A stretch of DNA of 64,000 nt from Felis catus. Its lineage: Eukaryota. Below, piece after piece: positions 12,450-24,089 of the stretch. The notes under the pieces were generated by a model that worked only from the letters and a program-made list of their open reading frames with translations, searched no databases and was not told the DNA's origin. The position numbers and the translations under genes were made by a program. How positions within the stretch are numbered: position 1 is the stretch's first letter; the number at the start of each line of letters is the position of its first letter. The stretch spans positions 96,536,001 to 96,600,000 of the forward strand of contig NC_058368.1 in assembly GCF_018350175.1 (NCBI RefSeq), given 5' to 3'.

Positions 12450-13761
12450 TGTTGTGAGACTCAATTTCCAACATGACCACAGGGGAGGGGGTTCCCTGTA
12501 TCTCAACAAACAATTCTTGGACACCAACGATTCTGACACTATCTACCTGGAGACAGCATCAGACTGCACAGGTTAAGAGTTCAGTCATGCAATACTATCT
12601 GCTCCCTGCCCCGCCCCCTACCCCGCACTTGAGAAGCCAGTGGCAAGGTTGTCACCAGTGCTTCTGAATGACTGGCCACAAATCAGAGGTTCGCGTGCTC
12701 TCTTCCTCAGGTTTAGTTTGCTAGAGCAGCTCACAGAACCCAGAGAAACAGTTTACTTACTAGGTTAACAATTTATTATAAAGTAAAATTCAGGAAGAGC
12801 CAAATGGATGAGGTGCATAAGGCAAGGTATGTGTAAAGGGCTGAGACTTTCACGCCCTCTCAGGGAACATCATTGTCCATATGTGCACCAACCCAGAAGC
12901 TCTGGGAACTCAGTTCCTTTTGGGGTTTTATGGAGGCTTCATTATAAAGGTGTTATTGATTATTGGCTATTAATGACTGATTCAACCTCCAGCCCTTCTC
13001 CTCTTCTTGGAGGTTCAGGGTAGGACTTGAAACTCTAATGCCATGGTTGTTTTGTGTGTGTGTGTGTGTTTTTTTTAATGTTTACTTATTTTTGAGAGAG
13101 AGAGAGAGAGAGTGAGAGTGAGTGGGGGGGGGGGGAGGAGCAGAAAGAGAGGGAAACAGAGTCCAAAGCAGGCTCCAGGCTCTGAACTGTCAGCACAGAG
13201 CCCAACACGGGGCTTGAACCCACAAACCATGAGATCATGACCTGAGCTGAAGTCGGATGCTCAACTGACTGAGCCACCCAGGCGCCCCTCCCATGGTTGG
13301 CTTTTAAGCCAACCAGCCCCCATTCTTAGGTGCTTTCCAAAAGTCACCTTGTTACTATAACAAAAGACACCTTTATCATTCTCAGCACTTAAGAAATCCC
13401 AAGCCTTTGGGGATCTGTGAGCCAGAAAATGTGGAAAAAGACAAAATATATATGAGAAATATATTTCAGTCATCTGAATGACCTAATAAACATTTCTTTT
13501 TTTTTTTTTTTTTTAATTTTTTTTCAACGTTTATTTATTTTTGGGACAGAGAGAGACAGAGCATGAACAGGGGAGGGGCAGAGAGAGAGGGAGACACAGA
13601 ATCAGAAACAGGCTCCAGGCTCTGAGCCATCAGCCCAGAGCCTGACACGGGGCTCGAACTCACAGACCGCGAGATCGTGACCTGGCTGAAGTCGGACGCT
13701 TAACCGACTGCGCCACCCAGGCGCCCCCTTAATAAACATTTCTCATAAATCACAATATCAC
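12450..13761 (-). mobile_element. MER21-like LTR with two SINEC insertions (13060-13288, 13495-13728)
   Basis: Minus strand begins tgtgatattgtgatttatgagaaatg, as recalled for the MER21 family. Confidence 0.75.
13495..13728 (-). mobile_element. Young SINEC_Fc
   Basis: Near-consensus, long poly-T, TSD taataaacatttct. Confidence 0.95.
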
Positions 13762-14141
13762 ACCTTTATTCTGCACTGGACCAAGAAAAGGTAATTGGAG
13801 CTAACCTTAAAATGCCATTATGTTGCTGATGGTGCATACTTTAGGTATCTGCTTACCACACCCATCACGCAACTGAGTGAATTCTTAGCTTTAAACCCCT
13901 GTAGATTAATTACTCCCCGATGCCTCAGCACTGTGAGGGCGCATCACATGATTTCATCAATGAGACAATTAACAATATTTGCATTGACAAGTGTTATTAG
14001 ACATTTTCCCATTCAGAGGATAAACAGTAATTACTATATGCTGTATAGTTAGAGTGAGCTACAGAGAAATGTCATAGCCATGGGTCATGCTCTTCTTCTT
14101 ATACCAAGTTACTTTAAATTCAATCCCTGCAGAATTTAGCG

Positions 14142-14349
14142 TTTTTTTTTTAAGTTTATTTATTTTTGAGAGAGAGAGACCAAATGGGGCAGAGGCAGAG
14201 AGAGAGAGGGAGGGAGAGAGAATCCCAAGCAGGCTCCACACTGTGACCACAGAGCCCAATGCAGGGCTCAAACTCATGAACCACGAGATCATGACCCGAG
14301 CTGAAATCAAGAGTTGGACACTTAACCGACTGAGCCACCCAGGTGCCCC
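14142..14349 (-). mobile_element. SINEC
   Basis: TSD ccctgcagaattta. Confidence 0.92.
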
Positions 14350-14731
14350 AACCCCTGCAGAATTTAAAAGACACTCAGAGTTATGGGCCATAAACGAGAA
14401 TATAGGAAGCATGTGAGGTCCCTAAAAATGTTTGAAAGAGTCATTTGAAATACGGTTTCTCACTAAATAAAAGAAACATTTAATCTTCTCTGAGGGAGGA
14501 GTATGCACCTCTTTCTGTTTTGAAAAATGAAACTTATTACTGATTTACATATGCTTACAAACTCTCAGTTGATTTCCAAAGTAATAAATGTTACCTCGTG
14601 ATTTTTTCCAGAATTTTCAAAGGAAGAATAAATTTTGTGCCTGTATTTGTGCACACAAGCAAATATTCTGTGTAATATATAACCAATGACTATTCAGTAT
14701 TTTCTGGTTTTCTGGTTTTGCTTATTAATAG

Positions 14732-14955
14732 CGATGGTTTCCACTCCTAATTTGAAAGAGCAACACCTTGAAGAATCGTAATAAAGGCATAATTTCTAGT
14801 CCAGTGCACAGATACTCTAAGAAAATGCACTAAACATAATTTCTGTATACACTGTATAAAAAGTATATCTGCAGCACTGCGGAAATGGCCAAGGACCAGG
14901 TTACTGATTCTTTGCTTCAGTGCCTTTAATGCAAATCATCTACCAAAGTAATGAG
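14732..14955 (+). pseudogene. Pseudo-exon: MVSTPNLKEQHLEES**RHNF*.../..LQCL*CKSSTKVM(R)
   Basis: Acceptor tctggttttgcttattaatag|C (phase 1), donor GAG|gtagac (phase 2); tandem TAA TAA plausibly from CAA CAA. Confidence 0.6.
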
Positions 14956-15064
14956 GTAGACAATAGAAAACTTAACATTAACTTTGTGTGGCCCATTCAA
15001 ACCTTTTTTTTTTTCACACACATACAAACGTGTTTGTGATTTTACTTTAATACCACCTCATCAG

Positions 15065-15266
15065 AGATAGCATTCTTTGGGTTCATGTATGTTCAACTAG
15101 ACTATGGTGCTAGAAAAACAATCTTGCCCTATCCAACATCAACCTTAGCCTAGAGCAAGACAATAAAGCCTTTACTTGGTAAAGTCAAACCACTTTTATG
15201 AAATGTAGCTGTTAAATTCTTTTGCAACAATTGATTTTTATTACACTCCATAGCCAAGAAGTCTAA
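15065..15266 (+). pseudogene. Pseudo-exon: (R)DSILWVHVCSTRLWC*KNNLALSNINLSLEQDNKAFT/../LLHSIAKKS(K)
   Basis: Follows a 109-nt intron; acceptor tttaataccacctcatcag|A (phase 2); donor TAA|gtaaat (phase 2 after a frameshift). Confidence 0.55.
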
Positions 15267-15542
15267 GTAAATTTAAAGATTATCTGCAACATGCATTCTT
15301 AGAAGAAAACTGACTCAGTTATGAAGCTGATTTTGAACTATTCCTTTAAACTATTTCTTTAAAAAATGATCAGTACAAAGAAATCACCATGCATTCAGTG
15401 TTGATCATAGCAAAAAAAAATTGATAATGATGAAAGTAATTTTTATAGCAACATAATCATATGAACTGTTAAAGAAAAAATATGGATATGGAATTGATTT
15501 TAATATTAGAAAATAGGGTAGAAAGCAGAATTTTTTTTTCTA

Positions 15543-15689
15543 GGGGTGTGGGGGTGGCTCAGTCAGTTAAGCATCCGACCCTCGGTTTTGGCTCAGGTCA
15601 TGATCTCAGGGTGTCTGAGTTTAAGCCCCACGTTGAGCCCCATGCTAACAGTGCCGAGCTTGCTTGGGGTTCTCTCTCTCTTTCTCTTC

Positions 15690-15743
<54 letters not shown>

Positions 15744-15815
15744 GTCCCTCCCCGACTTGTGCTGTCTCTGTCTGTCTCAAAATTAATAAACTTAAAAATA
15801 TTTTTAAAATTTAAA
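15543..15815 (+). mobile_element. SINEC with long (CT)n
   Basis: TSD agaattttttt(t)ct. Confidence 0.9.
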
Positions 15816-16320
15816 AGAATTTTTTTCTCTGATAATTGTGTCTGGGTCCTTGACTCTTCCATTGTTTGCCAACTGCCGCTTGCTCCTGTCATACTTAATT
15901 TCCCCCTTTTTCCCATGCAGAACTTTCCTTTTGTGAGCAGGAGGAATACCTTCAACTCTCTAAGAAAAATCCCATTTCTGCCTCTAATATACCAATTTTA
16001 CATCCTGTCTGCTGCAACTTAAGACCGGTCAGGACCTTTAATGAATTGTTTCTTCTCCAGAAGGCAGTGTCTACTATGCTGACAGTTCAGAAAACAGCTT
16101 CTGGAACATTCGTGGATCCTTAACCTTGAACTCAAAGGCAAACTTCTAATCTGAAAATGACTTACTAGCCCAGAGGACCTGCGGTCCTTTAAGAGGCACT
16201 AGGCGGTTGTCTAGGCCTAGGTGGGACCATCCGTAACATTTGAGGCCCCTCTTACAGACTGCTCGTGAATTTCCAGGAAAAATTGAGAAACGAGTTTGTT
16301 TTTAAAAAAATCCTACTGTT

Positions 16321-16533
16321 GGGGTGCCTGGGTGGCGCAGTCGGTTAAGCGTCCGACTTCAGCCAGGTTACGATCTCGCGGTCCGTGAGTTCGAGCCCCG
16401 CGTCAGGCTCTGGGCTGATGGCTCGGAGCCTGGAGCCTGTTTCCTATTCTGTGTCTCCCTCTCTCTCTGCCCCTCCCCCGTTCATGCTCTGTCTCTCTCT
16501 GTCCCAAAAATAAATAAACGTTGAAGAAAAAAA
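16321..16533 (+). mobile_element. Young SINEC_Fc
   Basis: Near-consensus CpG-rich copy; TSD aaaaaaatccta(c/t)tgttg. Confidence 0.95.
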
Positions 16534-16908
16534 TCCTATTGTTGATCGAATAATGTAAACATGAGATTATCCCCCCTCTCTCTCTGATACCATTCAGCTC
16601 ACTGCCATTTCCCAAGTCACTGTAGTTCATTAGCTGCATAAAAGCAGTTCTACTGGTATAAATTTTTTAAGATAAGTTCACCTTTCTCAAGGAGCAAATG
16701 AAAAGGGCAAAGCATGACAATTTCTCATTTTCTAATGGGAAATTTATTCAGGACTTTTTCCCCCATTTATCATGGAAGACACATTACAATTAAATGCCTT
16801 CATTTGCACATAAGTAGCCTACAAACACTTTTTTTTTAATTCCCTAGGTATTAACAGTGTGTCTATCTACCTACTTTATGTTTCACTTTTACTCTCTCCA
16901 CCTATTAG

Positions 16909-16990
16909 GCAGTCTGACTCAGAAGCTGCACTAAATGTTGGTAATGACAAAAGATTTCGGGCAGAATGGTTTTCATCAAATCCTAAACAG
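16909..16990 (+). pseudogene. Pseudo-exon, still open: QSDSEAALNVGNDKRFRAEWFSSNPKQ
   Basis: Acceptor ttttactctctccacctattag|G, strong donor CAG|gtaagc; 82 nt, phase 2 to 0, no stop. Confidence 0.75.
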
Positions 16991-17776
16991 GTAAGCAAAA
17001 ATCCAAGTAAGAGAAGAATCCCAATTGTAAAAAAAAAAAAAAAAAAAAATACGTATTTCAGCTCCCTGGTTATCAATATCCTGAATAATAATAACTATTT
17101 TTATGACAATGTTATCAGAAAATAGGAAACTAAAAATTATGGGAAAGATGTCTATTTCTCAAAGATCTATTAGGTCTTTCATTGCAAATGACATACTCAT
17201 TTTCCTTAAAACTGAAAAATCCCATCACCTAAATATTTTGGAAGCCCATGTACACATGTTCCATTATAATAATGCCTTCTCCTTTCATTTATGTGGTTGG
17301 ATTTACTTCTGGAATCAAACAGAAATTGTCACGATATTTTCTATCATGCTAATAACCAGTACATTTGTAGTTGCCTCTTAGAGGCCTAGAGTAAAAATAT
17401 AATTATTTTTTGATTTACTTCTCTTTGTAGCAAAAGTATTTTAATTCCACCAGTTGCCCAAATTAAATTAGGTGTACCAATCACTGTGCAATATAAAGAA
17501 GTAGGCTGAGAACTTGGACATGTGGGGTCTAGTGCAAGTCTCTTTGATCTTGAACAAGGCTAATAACTTCTCTGGGTTCACATATTCTGAAAAGCTCTAT
17601 ATGAGTATTGTTATTACTATATATTTATCTATAAAGTTAGAGTATTGCACTAAATGACCTCTGAGGTTATTTCTATTTCAAAGCCTACGACCATTTCTGG
17701 AAATATAAATAGTACTGATTTCCATTATTTCAATTAATTTCAAACATGAGCATACACAAGAACAAATACCTTATAG

Positions 17777-17913
17777 AAATCACTAAATAGACAATATATT
17801 CCACATCACAGAGAATATTCTGAATATTAATATTCAACCTGAGTACAGAATCTGATTTGAATTTTTTCTTGATTATAAGAAGATGAAGGTTATTTCCATA
17901 GGTCACTTGAAAG
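17777..17913 (+). pseudogene. Candidate pseudo-exon: ../IDNIFHITENILNINIQPEYRI*FEFFLDYKKMKVISIGHLK
   Basis: Donor AAAG|gtaatt in phase 1, as the next exon requires; acceptor weak (ataccttatag); needs one frameshift. Confidence 0.45.
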
Positions 17914-18169
17914 GTAATTTTCCCCAGATTTTCAATAAGGGCATGAATTTTACTCATGGTTTGAACTCAGGGTCAACTCTCTGAAAGTAATGAGTAGAAA
18001 AACAGATTTTTAAAAAAAAGAAAACTTTAAATTCTTTATTTTATATAAAGTTAAGTTTCACTTGCTGGGCTGTCCCTTGTTTTTTAATTGAGCCTGTACC
18101 ATCTGATTAGTGGTTTGCAAACTTTTGAAAACTATACAAGTCTTTCTTTAAACAAATTCAAGTTATATT

Positions 18170-18378
18170 TATTTTTTAAATGTTCATTTATTTCTGAGAG
18201 ACAGAGAGGGAGAGAACATGAGTAGGGGAGGGGGGAGAAAGAGAAGGGGACAGATGATATGAAGTGGGCTCCACACTGACAGCAGAGAGCACAATGTGGG
18301 GCTCAAACTCCTGAACCATGAGATCATGACCTGAGCCAAAGTTGGACGCTCAACTGACTGAGCCACCCAGGCGCCCCA
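18170..18378 (-). mobile_element. SINEC
   Basis: Antisense head and tail; TSD gtta(t/c)attt. Confidence 0.9.
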
Positions 18379-19441
18379 GGTTACATTTTTATTTTCTATC
18401 AAGCTATATTTTTAAAATGGTAATGAAATGTCTGTGACAGGCCAGTACACACCTCAGACAGAATCTTGTACAAAGTTCACGAATATATAAGGAGTCAGTG
18501 ATACTGAAGAAAGAGAACTTTTGTAGGGAAAGATCCTTCATAGTGACTTGCCTATAATTTCCCTCTGGTGAGCTATGAAAGCATTAGGGGAATTACTGAG
18601 GGATCTTGGCCCTGTATAGGAGGAAATTCTGAGGGTTACAGGAAAAGTCTGACTATATGAAAACTAAAGCAGTTAAGAATTTGCATTTGACACGAAAACA
18701 AGAATATCTAGACAAGAAGACACCAGCTGACTAGTGCCCCCAGTGACAGGGTTAGGATTATATGTTCTGTATTGCAATCGATTTCCTGCTGTACTGGAGT
18801 CTATTGGGAGTTAGTCTCTCTCTGGTGGGAGAGACAAAGATCATAGGAGGAGTAAAACAGCAAAAGAGGTCGGCAGCAACACCCCAGATGTCTACCACCA
18901 AACACCAAGAGCTGGAAAATTAACACAAAGATAACACAGGGAATTGAGCCACATATAGTGTCAGCCACCTACTCAAGGGTCCTATACAGAACCCATGAAA
19001 AATCCATGAACATACCCCAAGAAAATGGTCATGTTTAATCTTCATCAAGGCCAGCTAAGAGCTTCAGCTTTAACTGTCTTGGAAACCAAATTTAGTGGTT
19101 GCATCAATATCTTGAATGTTACATTCTAAAAATTAAGTTCAAACTGTGTTTGCAACATGAAGGGCTATTAGGACTGACATATTTATTACCTACAAGAGAG
19201 GAAAAGTCATCAGATCAGCTAGAGTTGCCATCTAGGGGCTAGGGAAGGGAATTATCTCACTGAACCAAGCTTTAAAGACAGTAGACACTAATAATAAAAT
19301 TACATATTAACTATTTATGAGCAGTGCTTGTCCAAAGCCCTGCCCATTATCTCAATTCCACACCTCTCCATATACTTCTAAAACACAAAAAACAAAATAA
19401 CAAAAAAACAAACAAAAACAAACCTCCATCTTCCATCATAG

Positions 19442-19570
19442 ATGATTTGAAAGCCAATTTGCATATCATCATTACAAGGAAAGATATTCTAAATATCCAA
19501 AGTTCATCAAAGTTATCTTTATGTGAGCATTTAATATAAAATATCACTGACCAAGAATTTTTAAATCAGG
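19442..19570 (+). pseudogene. Pseudo-exon: DDLKANLHIIITRKDILNIQSSSKLSLCEHLI*NITDQEFLNQ(G)
   Basis: Acceptor cctccatcttccatcatag|A; donor CAGG|gtacaa; 129 nt, phase 1-1, single TAA. Confidence 0.65.
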
Positions 19571-19729
19571 GTACAAACTCAACAGTTATAACTAAATTCA
19601 TGTATACATACTTAAACAGAATTTCTGAAAGTTTGGAACCAAAATACTTCCATATAGAAGGATGATAAAAAAGAACCCCCCAAAAAAAAGTCCACTTAGC
19701 CCCAGCAAAATCAGGTAAAAGGAAAAACT

Positions 19730-19938
19730 TTAAAAAAAATGTATTCATTTATTTTGAAACAGAGAGAGAGCATGCATATCACACATGCATAAGCAGGGAC
19801 AGGGAAGAGGGGGGGGGGGAATCCCAAGCAGGCTCCATGTGGGAGCCCATGTAGGGTTCCAGCTCCTCAACCCTGAGATCAAGACCTGAGCCAATATCAA
19901 GAGCCAGACACTTAAGCAAGAGAGCCACCCAGGCGCCC
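19730..19938 (-). mobile_element. SINEC
   Basis: Antisense; TSD gaaaaactt. Confidence 0.88.
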
Positions 19939-20295
19939 TGAGAAAAACTTCTTTAAAGACAAAGACATTGACTCTTGGATGGAAGGAAAAAATACGGATT
20001 TGTGGTGAGAATATACATTAAACACAAACAAAAGTGCAAAGAGTAAAAGACTTCCAACCAGAAACAAAAAATAAAAACATGAAAAACTCAGAGATTATTT
20101 AAGGTAGAGAATGGTATAGACTTGTACTAATGAGAGGGTCTAATTAGTCACAAGTGTGATAGATTTTATGCCATTTAAATAAGACAAGGACCCATCCAAA
20201 CTAAATCCAAGAATATTTTAAGCAACAGAAAAGAATCTACAAAGAAGAAAACACCATGGACTCAAGTTCTGATTTATCTTTAGTCTCCTCAAATA

Positions 20296-20507
20296 TTTTT
20301 TTTAATGTTTATTTATTTTTGAGAGAGAGAGGGAGACAGAGCCTGAGCAGGGGAGGGGCAGAGAGAGAGGGAGACACAGAATCCAAAGCAGGCTCCAGGC
20401 TCTAAGCTGTCAGCACAGAGCCTGACGTGGCGCTCGAACCACGAACTGTGAGAACATGACCTGAGCTAAAGTCGGACGCCCAACCGACTGAGCCACCCAG
20501 ACGACCC
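20296..20507 (-). mobile_element. SINEC_Fc
   Basis: TSD ctcctcaaatattttt. Confidence 0.93.
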
Positions 20508-21034
20508 CTCCTCAAATATTTTTGAGAACACATTTTCGAAGTATATGATGAAAATCAATGAGAAATTAAGATTTGCTATATATGTTTAATTGCATATATA
20601 CTTCTTAAAATTTCCCCCCAGAAATCTTCAGTTAATAAAGATCATCCCTAACAGTTATCCAAAGTTAGCAAAATTAAGCCAATAATACAACAAATGGACT
20701 CAGCACCTCACTTCACATTCAGAAAGAGGTAAATAACATATTTTAATTGATTTTAAACAATAAAGAAGATTGAGGTGTCTTGGTGCAAAATAAAGTGTCA
20801 TATATTAAACCAAATTAAGATTCATTACCTTTTCTTTTTAAAGGCAATCTTAATGTGATTTCTATATTTTTTCTCCAAACACTTGTAAATGGAACAAAGA
20901 AAAAAAGAGAAAAGGGAACAAAATCAAGACAATAAAGAGAAAAAAAAATCTTAAATGGTTTTATGATTTTTTTTTGAAAACAAATTCATTGAAAAGATCA
21001 TTAGCCTTTAAGGCTTTGATTAAACAAGATGCTA

Positions 21035-21220
21035 TTTTTTAAGGTTTATTTATTTTAAGAGAGAAAGCACAAGTACGGGAGGCTCAGAGAGAGAGAGAAT
21101 CCCAGGCAAGCTCCATGCTGTCAATGCCAAGCTCGATGCGGAGTTGGAACTCACAAACCATGAGATCGTGACCTGAGCCAAAGTCAGACACTTAACCAAC
21201 TGGGCCACCCAGGTGCCCCC
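21035..21220 (-). mobile_element. SINEC
   Basis: TSD aaacaagat(g/a)ctatt. Confidence 0.9.
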
Positions 21221-21942
21221 AAACAAGATACTATTAAGAAAAACTAAGGTTAAAAAGCTTACAAGGACGAAACTGGAAGTTAAAGTTACACTAATTACTT
21301 ACATGCGAACTTAGACTCTATATGTTACATAGTTTGTGAGTTTAATGGAAATGAAATCAAAACCAACATCTGGTAAAATGTTACCACCTCATAAATGTTA
21401 CCAAAAAGTTACCAAAATTGATTTACCCCACTCACCAGATAAGCTGCTGCATAGGACGCATACACAAAGGCACATGAATGTTCATATGCACGTACATACA
21501 AGCACATATACACAGATACACATGCAAGAAAGAAACGTCCACGAATCACAGCTGTGTTCACTAAGGGAAGAGACTTCACCAGAATTTAGATAGTTTGGGC
21601 TCAGCAGGAGCACTTCATTTCTTCATCAAATCTTACCCTGTATTTTGTTTAATTCCTTATTTATTAAAAGAAAGCAGTATTTATGTAATTCCAATTCACT
21701 TACACTTACCTAACCAAAATGTTGTTTTTTAAAATATTCTTCTAGACCTGTAAGAAACAGAATTTTCTCTAAGTCCTATTTTTTTTTTTTTTTAAACAAT
21801 TGAAAACTACATTCTGGTATAAGAAAGCCAACTTCTGTCTCATAAGGTTGGCATTCAGGTCTAAACTGAGCCGTAAGGCTGTTCAAAGGGAACATCTATT
21901 TTTCTAGGGCCTTCCTGCTGCCAAAAATTTATTCTCCATTAG

Positions 21943-22140
21943 GTTCACCAAGGATAATGGACACTTTAAAAATGCCGGAACAGATATTGAGACTACAGAT
22001 TTAATGGCCTACCAAAGATGTTGCAATCTAGCTGGTAAATAATATGCATTTGAAGTTGGTAAAATATTTGGGTATGATGCACACGGATGAGCTTGCGGCC
22101 CCTGTGGAGATACCGCAATCTGCTGTGCAACACTGAGTTG
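21943..22140 (+). pseudogene. Pseudo-exon: GSPRIMDTLKMPEQILRLQI*WPTKDVAI*LVNNMHLKLVKYLGMMHTDELAAPVEIPQSAVQH*V
   Basis: Acceptor tttattctccattag|G, donor TTG|gtattt; 198 nt, phase 1-1; three in-frame stops. Confidence 0.7.
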
Positions 22141-22339
22141 GTATTTGCAAGGGAGTTTTGCTCCTCCTTTTTAAAAAACGTTAATTTCACAAACCCAAAG
22201 AGCCCTGAATCCAAACGCTTAAGTACATAAAAATAATGATTCTGTTTACAACTTTCAGCCATGAATTTCTAAATAAAATTCCAATGCATCTGTTTTCTAA
22301 AGGATATAAAGGTGTTTCCATTATTTTATGCTTATTAAG

Positions 22340-22522
22340 TTGCAATAGCAAACATCAAATGCTACAGGGAAGTAGCATAGCTATGTGAAGACATTAAGTA
22401 ATTATTTCTGGTACAGAATATGTTTAACACAGATTTTCCTGCCACAGACTTAATCTGTCTTTCAAAATGTATAAAGTCTGAGGTGGACAGACCAGTAGCC
22501 TCTTTGCCAAATTCATTCCCAG
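22340..22522 (+). pseudogene. Pseudo-exon: VAIANIKCYREVA*LCEDIK*LFLVQNMFNTDFPATDLICLSKCIKSEVDRPVASLPNSFP
   Basis: Acceptor ttattttatgcttattaag|T; 183 nt, phase 1-1; donor reads CAG|gcataa (GC donor or mutated GT). Confidence 0.65.
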
Positions 22523-22580
22523 GCATAATTTCTTGGACCTCCATGGTGATCCAATATTTTGTTGGTGGTCTGCATTTAAA

Positions 22581-22749
22581 GGGGCACCTGCGTGGCTCAG
22601 ACCATGATCTCACAATTTGGTTCGTGAGTTCGAGCCCCACATCGGGCTCACAGCTATCAGCGCAGAGACTGCTTCAGATCCTCCATCCCTCTCTCTCCAC
22701 CCCTACCCCACCTTCGCTGTCTCTAAAAAATAAATAAACGTTATTTAAA
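22581..22749 (+). mobile_element. SINEC (internally deleted)
   Basis: ggggcacctgcgtggctcag head; TSD atttaaa. Confidence 0.88.
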
Positions 22750-22990
22750 CAAGAGTCAAAAAAATTGGGAGACTGTGTGTAAAAAATTTTAGATTTCTAA
22801 GCTTTTTGAAAATTTGGGAGGTCTGGCAGTATGTGGATTTTCTTTACTCTAAACAGTAAGCAGCAGAAGCTCACCTTTTACATGGTCATTTACTCTCCAG
22901 GAAACCACAGCCACTGCCTTAACCTACTGTCTTTCATTTAGGAAGGTGTATATGAGTTGCTATTTACTGTGTCTTCAGTTTTGTCTTCTA
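22750..22990 (+). mobile_element. hAT-Charlie MITE relic (MER102-like)
   Basis: gggagactgtgtgtaaaaaattttagatttc..gaaaatttgggaggtctggcag resembles recalled MER102. Confidence 0.5.
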
Positions 22991-23297
22991 TACCTTAAAA
23001 TCTCCTCACTGTACTCATGTATACTGCTGTCTACTCCCTATTGGGGGGGGGGGTATTTAAGACCTCCATTCAATCTCTGCCATAAAATCCATGCAACCTT
23101 CCATATGACCACTTAATGTTTTCACCGCTCAAAAAATCTTTAACACCGGCTGACTTGGATCATCATATATCTTATATTTTTTCTCTCTCTCTCCCAATAA
23201 ACTACAAGGACTTGGAAAAGAGAAATTATGAGATACGTGTATTCCCAAATTCCAAAGTATGTCCATTATGTATTTGATTCTTTGAAATGTTTTGATG

Positions 23298-23760
23298 AGG
23301 GGCACCTGGGTGGCTCAGTCGGTTGAGCGTCTGACTTCAGCTCAGGTCATGATCTCACGGTTTGTGGGTTTGAATCCCACGTTGGGCTCTGTGCTGAGAG
23401 CTCAGAGTCTGGAGCCTGCTTCGGATTCTGCGTCTCCCTCTCTCCCTCTCTCTGCCCCTCTGCCACTTGTGCTCTGCCTCTCAAAAGTGAATAAATGTTA
23501 AAAAAAATTTTTTTAATGTTTTGATGAGGGTGCCTGGGTGACCCAGTCAGCTGAGCGTCTGATTCTTGACTGCAAGTCAGGTCATGATCCCAGAGTCATG
23601 GAATTGAGCCCCGTGTAGGACTTCACTCTGGATGTGGAGCCTGATTAAGATTCTCTCTCTCCATCTCCTTCTGCCCCTCCCAACTCAGACTCTCTCTCTC
23701 TCTGTCTCTCTCTCTCTCTCTCAAAACATAAAAATTAAAAATAACAACAAAAAAATAAAT
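23298..23760 (+). mobile_element. Two tandem SINECs (23298-23512, 23527-23760)
   Basis: Two heads separated by duplicated aatgttttgatgagg. Confidence 0.9.
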
Positions 23761-24089
23761 CTTTTGGTGATACAATGATGGTACTCTTATTGATGAAACT
23801 CAAATTCCCCATCAGTCATCTCTACCAAGTTTCCCAGAGTCTTGAAGCAATATGAATGTTAACACTACCTAGAAACATGAGGACTTCAGAAAAGGGACAA
23901 GTAGGGAAAGTAACGCTCATTTGAGAAAATGCAATACACTTAAAGTATACAAAGCATTACAGTATTTAAAACACTGAGACTATTTCAAATGCCTAAAATA
24001 AAATTAATTTTCTATGGTCTTAGGCCACAGGCACCTGACTTACACAGGACACCTGATCAGTTACATTCTTACACTGTGCCAAATACTGA

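Noticed and set aside
17103..17381. 92-aa + strand ORF between pseudo-exons
   Set aside because: No convincing acceptor/donor pair in a compatible phase; left unassigned.
8160..22570. Apparent minus-strand exon chain (e.g. ORFs 21993..22262, 22362..22640, 17730..17957, 16876..17076, 8194..8493, micro-exons 21710-21747 and 20830-20882)
   Set aside because: No single frame assignment was consistent without many extra stops. Most segments overlap + strand exons that have better phase continuity, so they are best explained as antisense shadows. A non-coding antisense transcript is not excluded.
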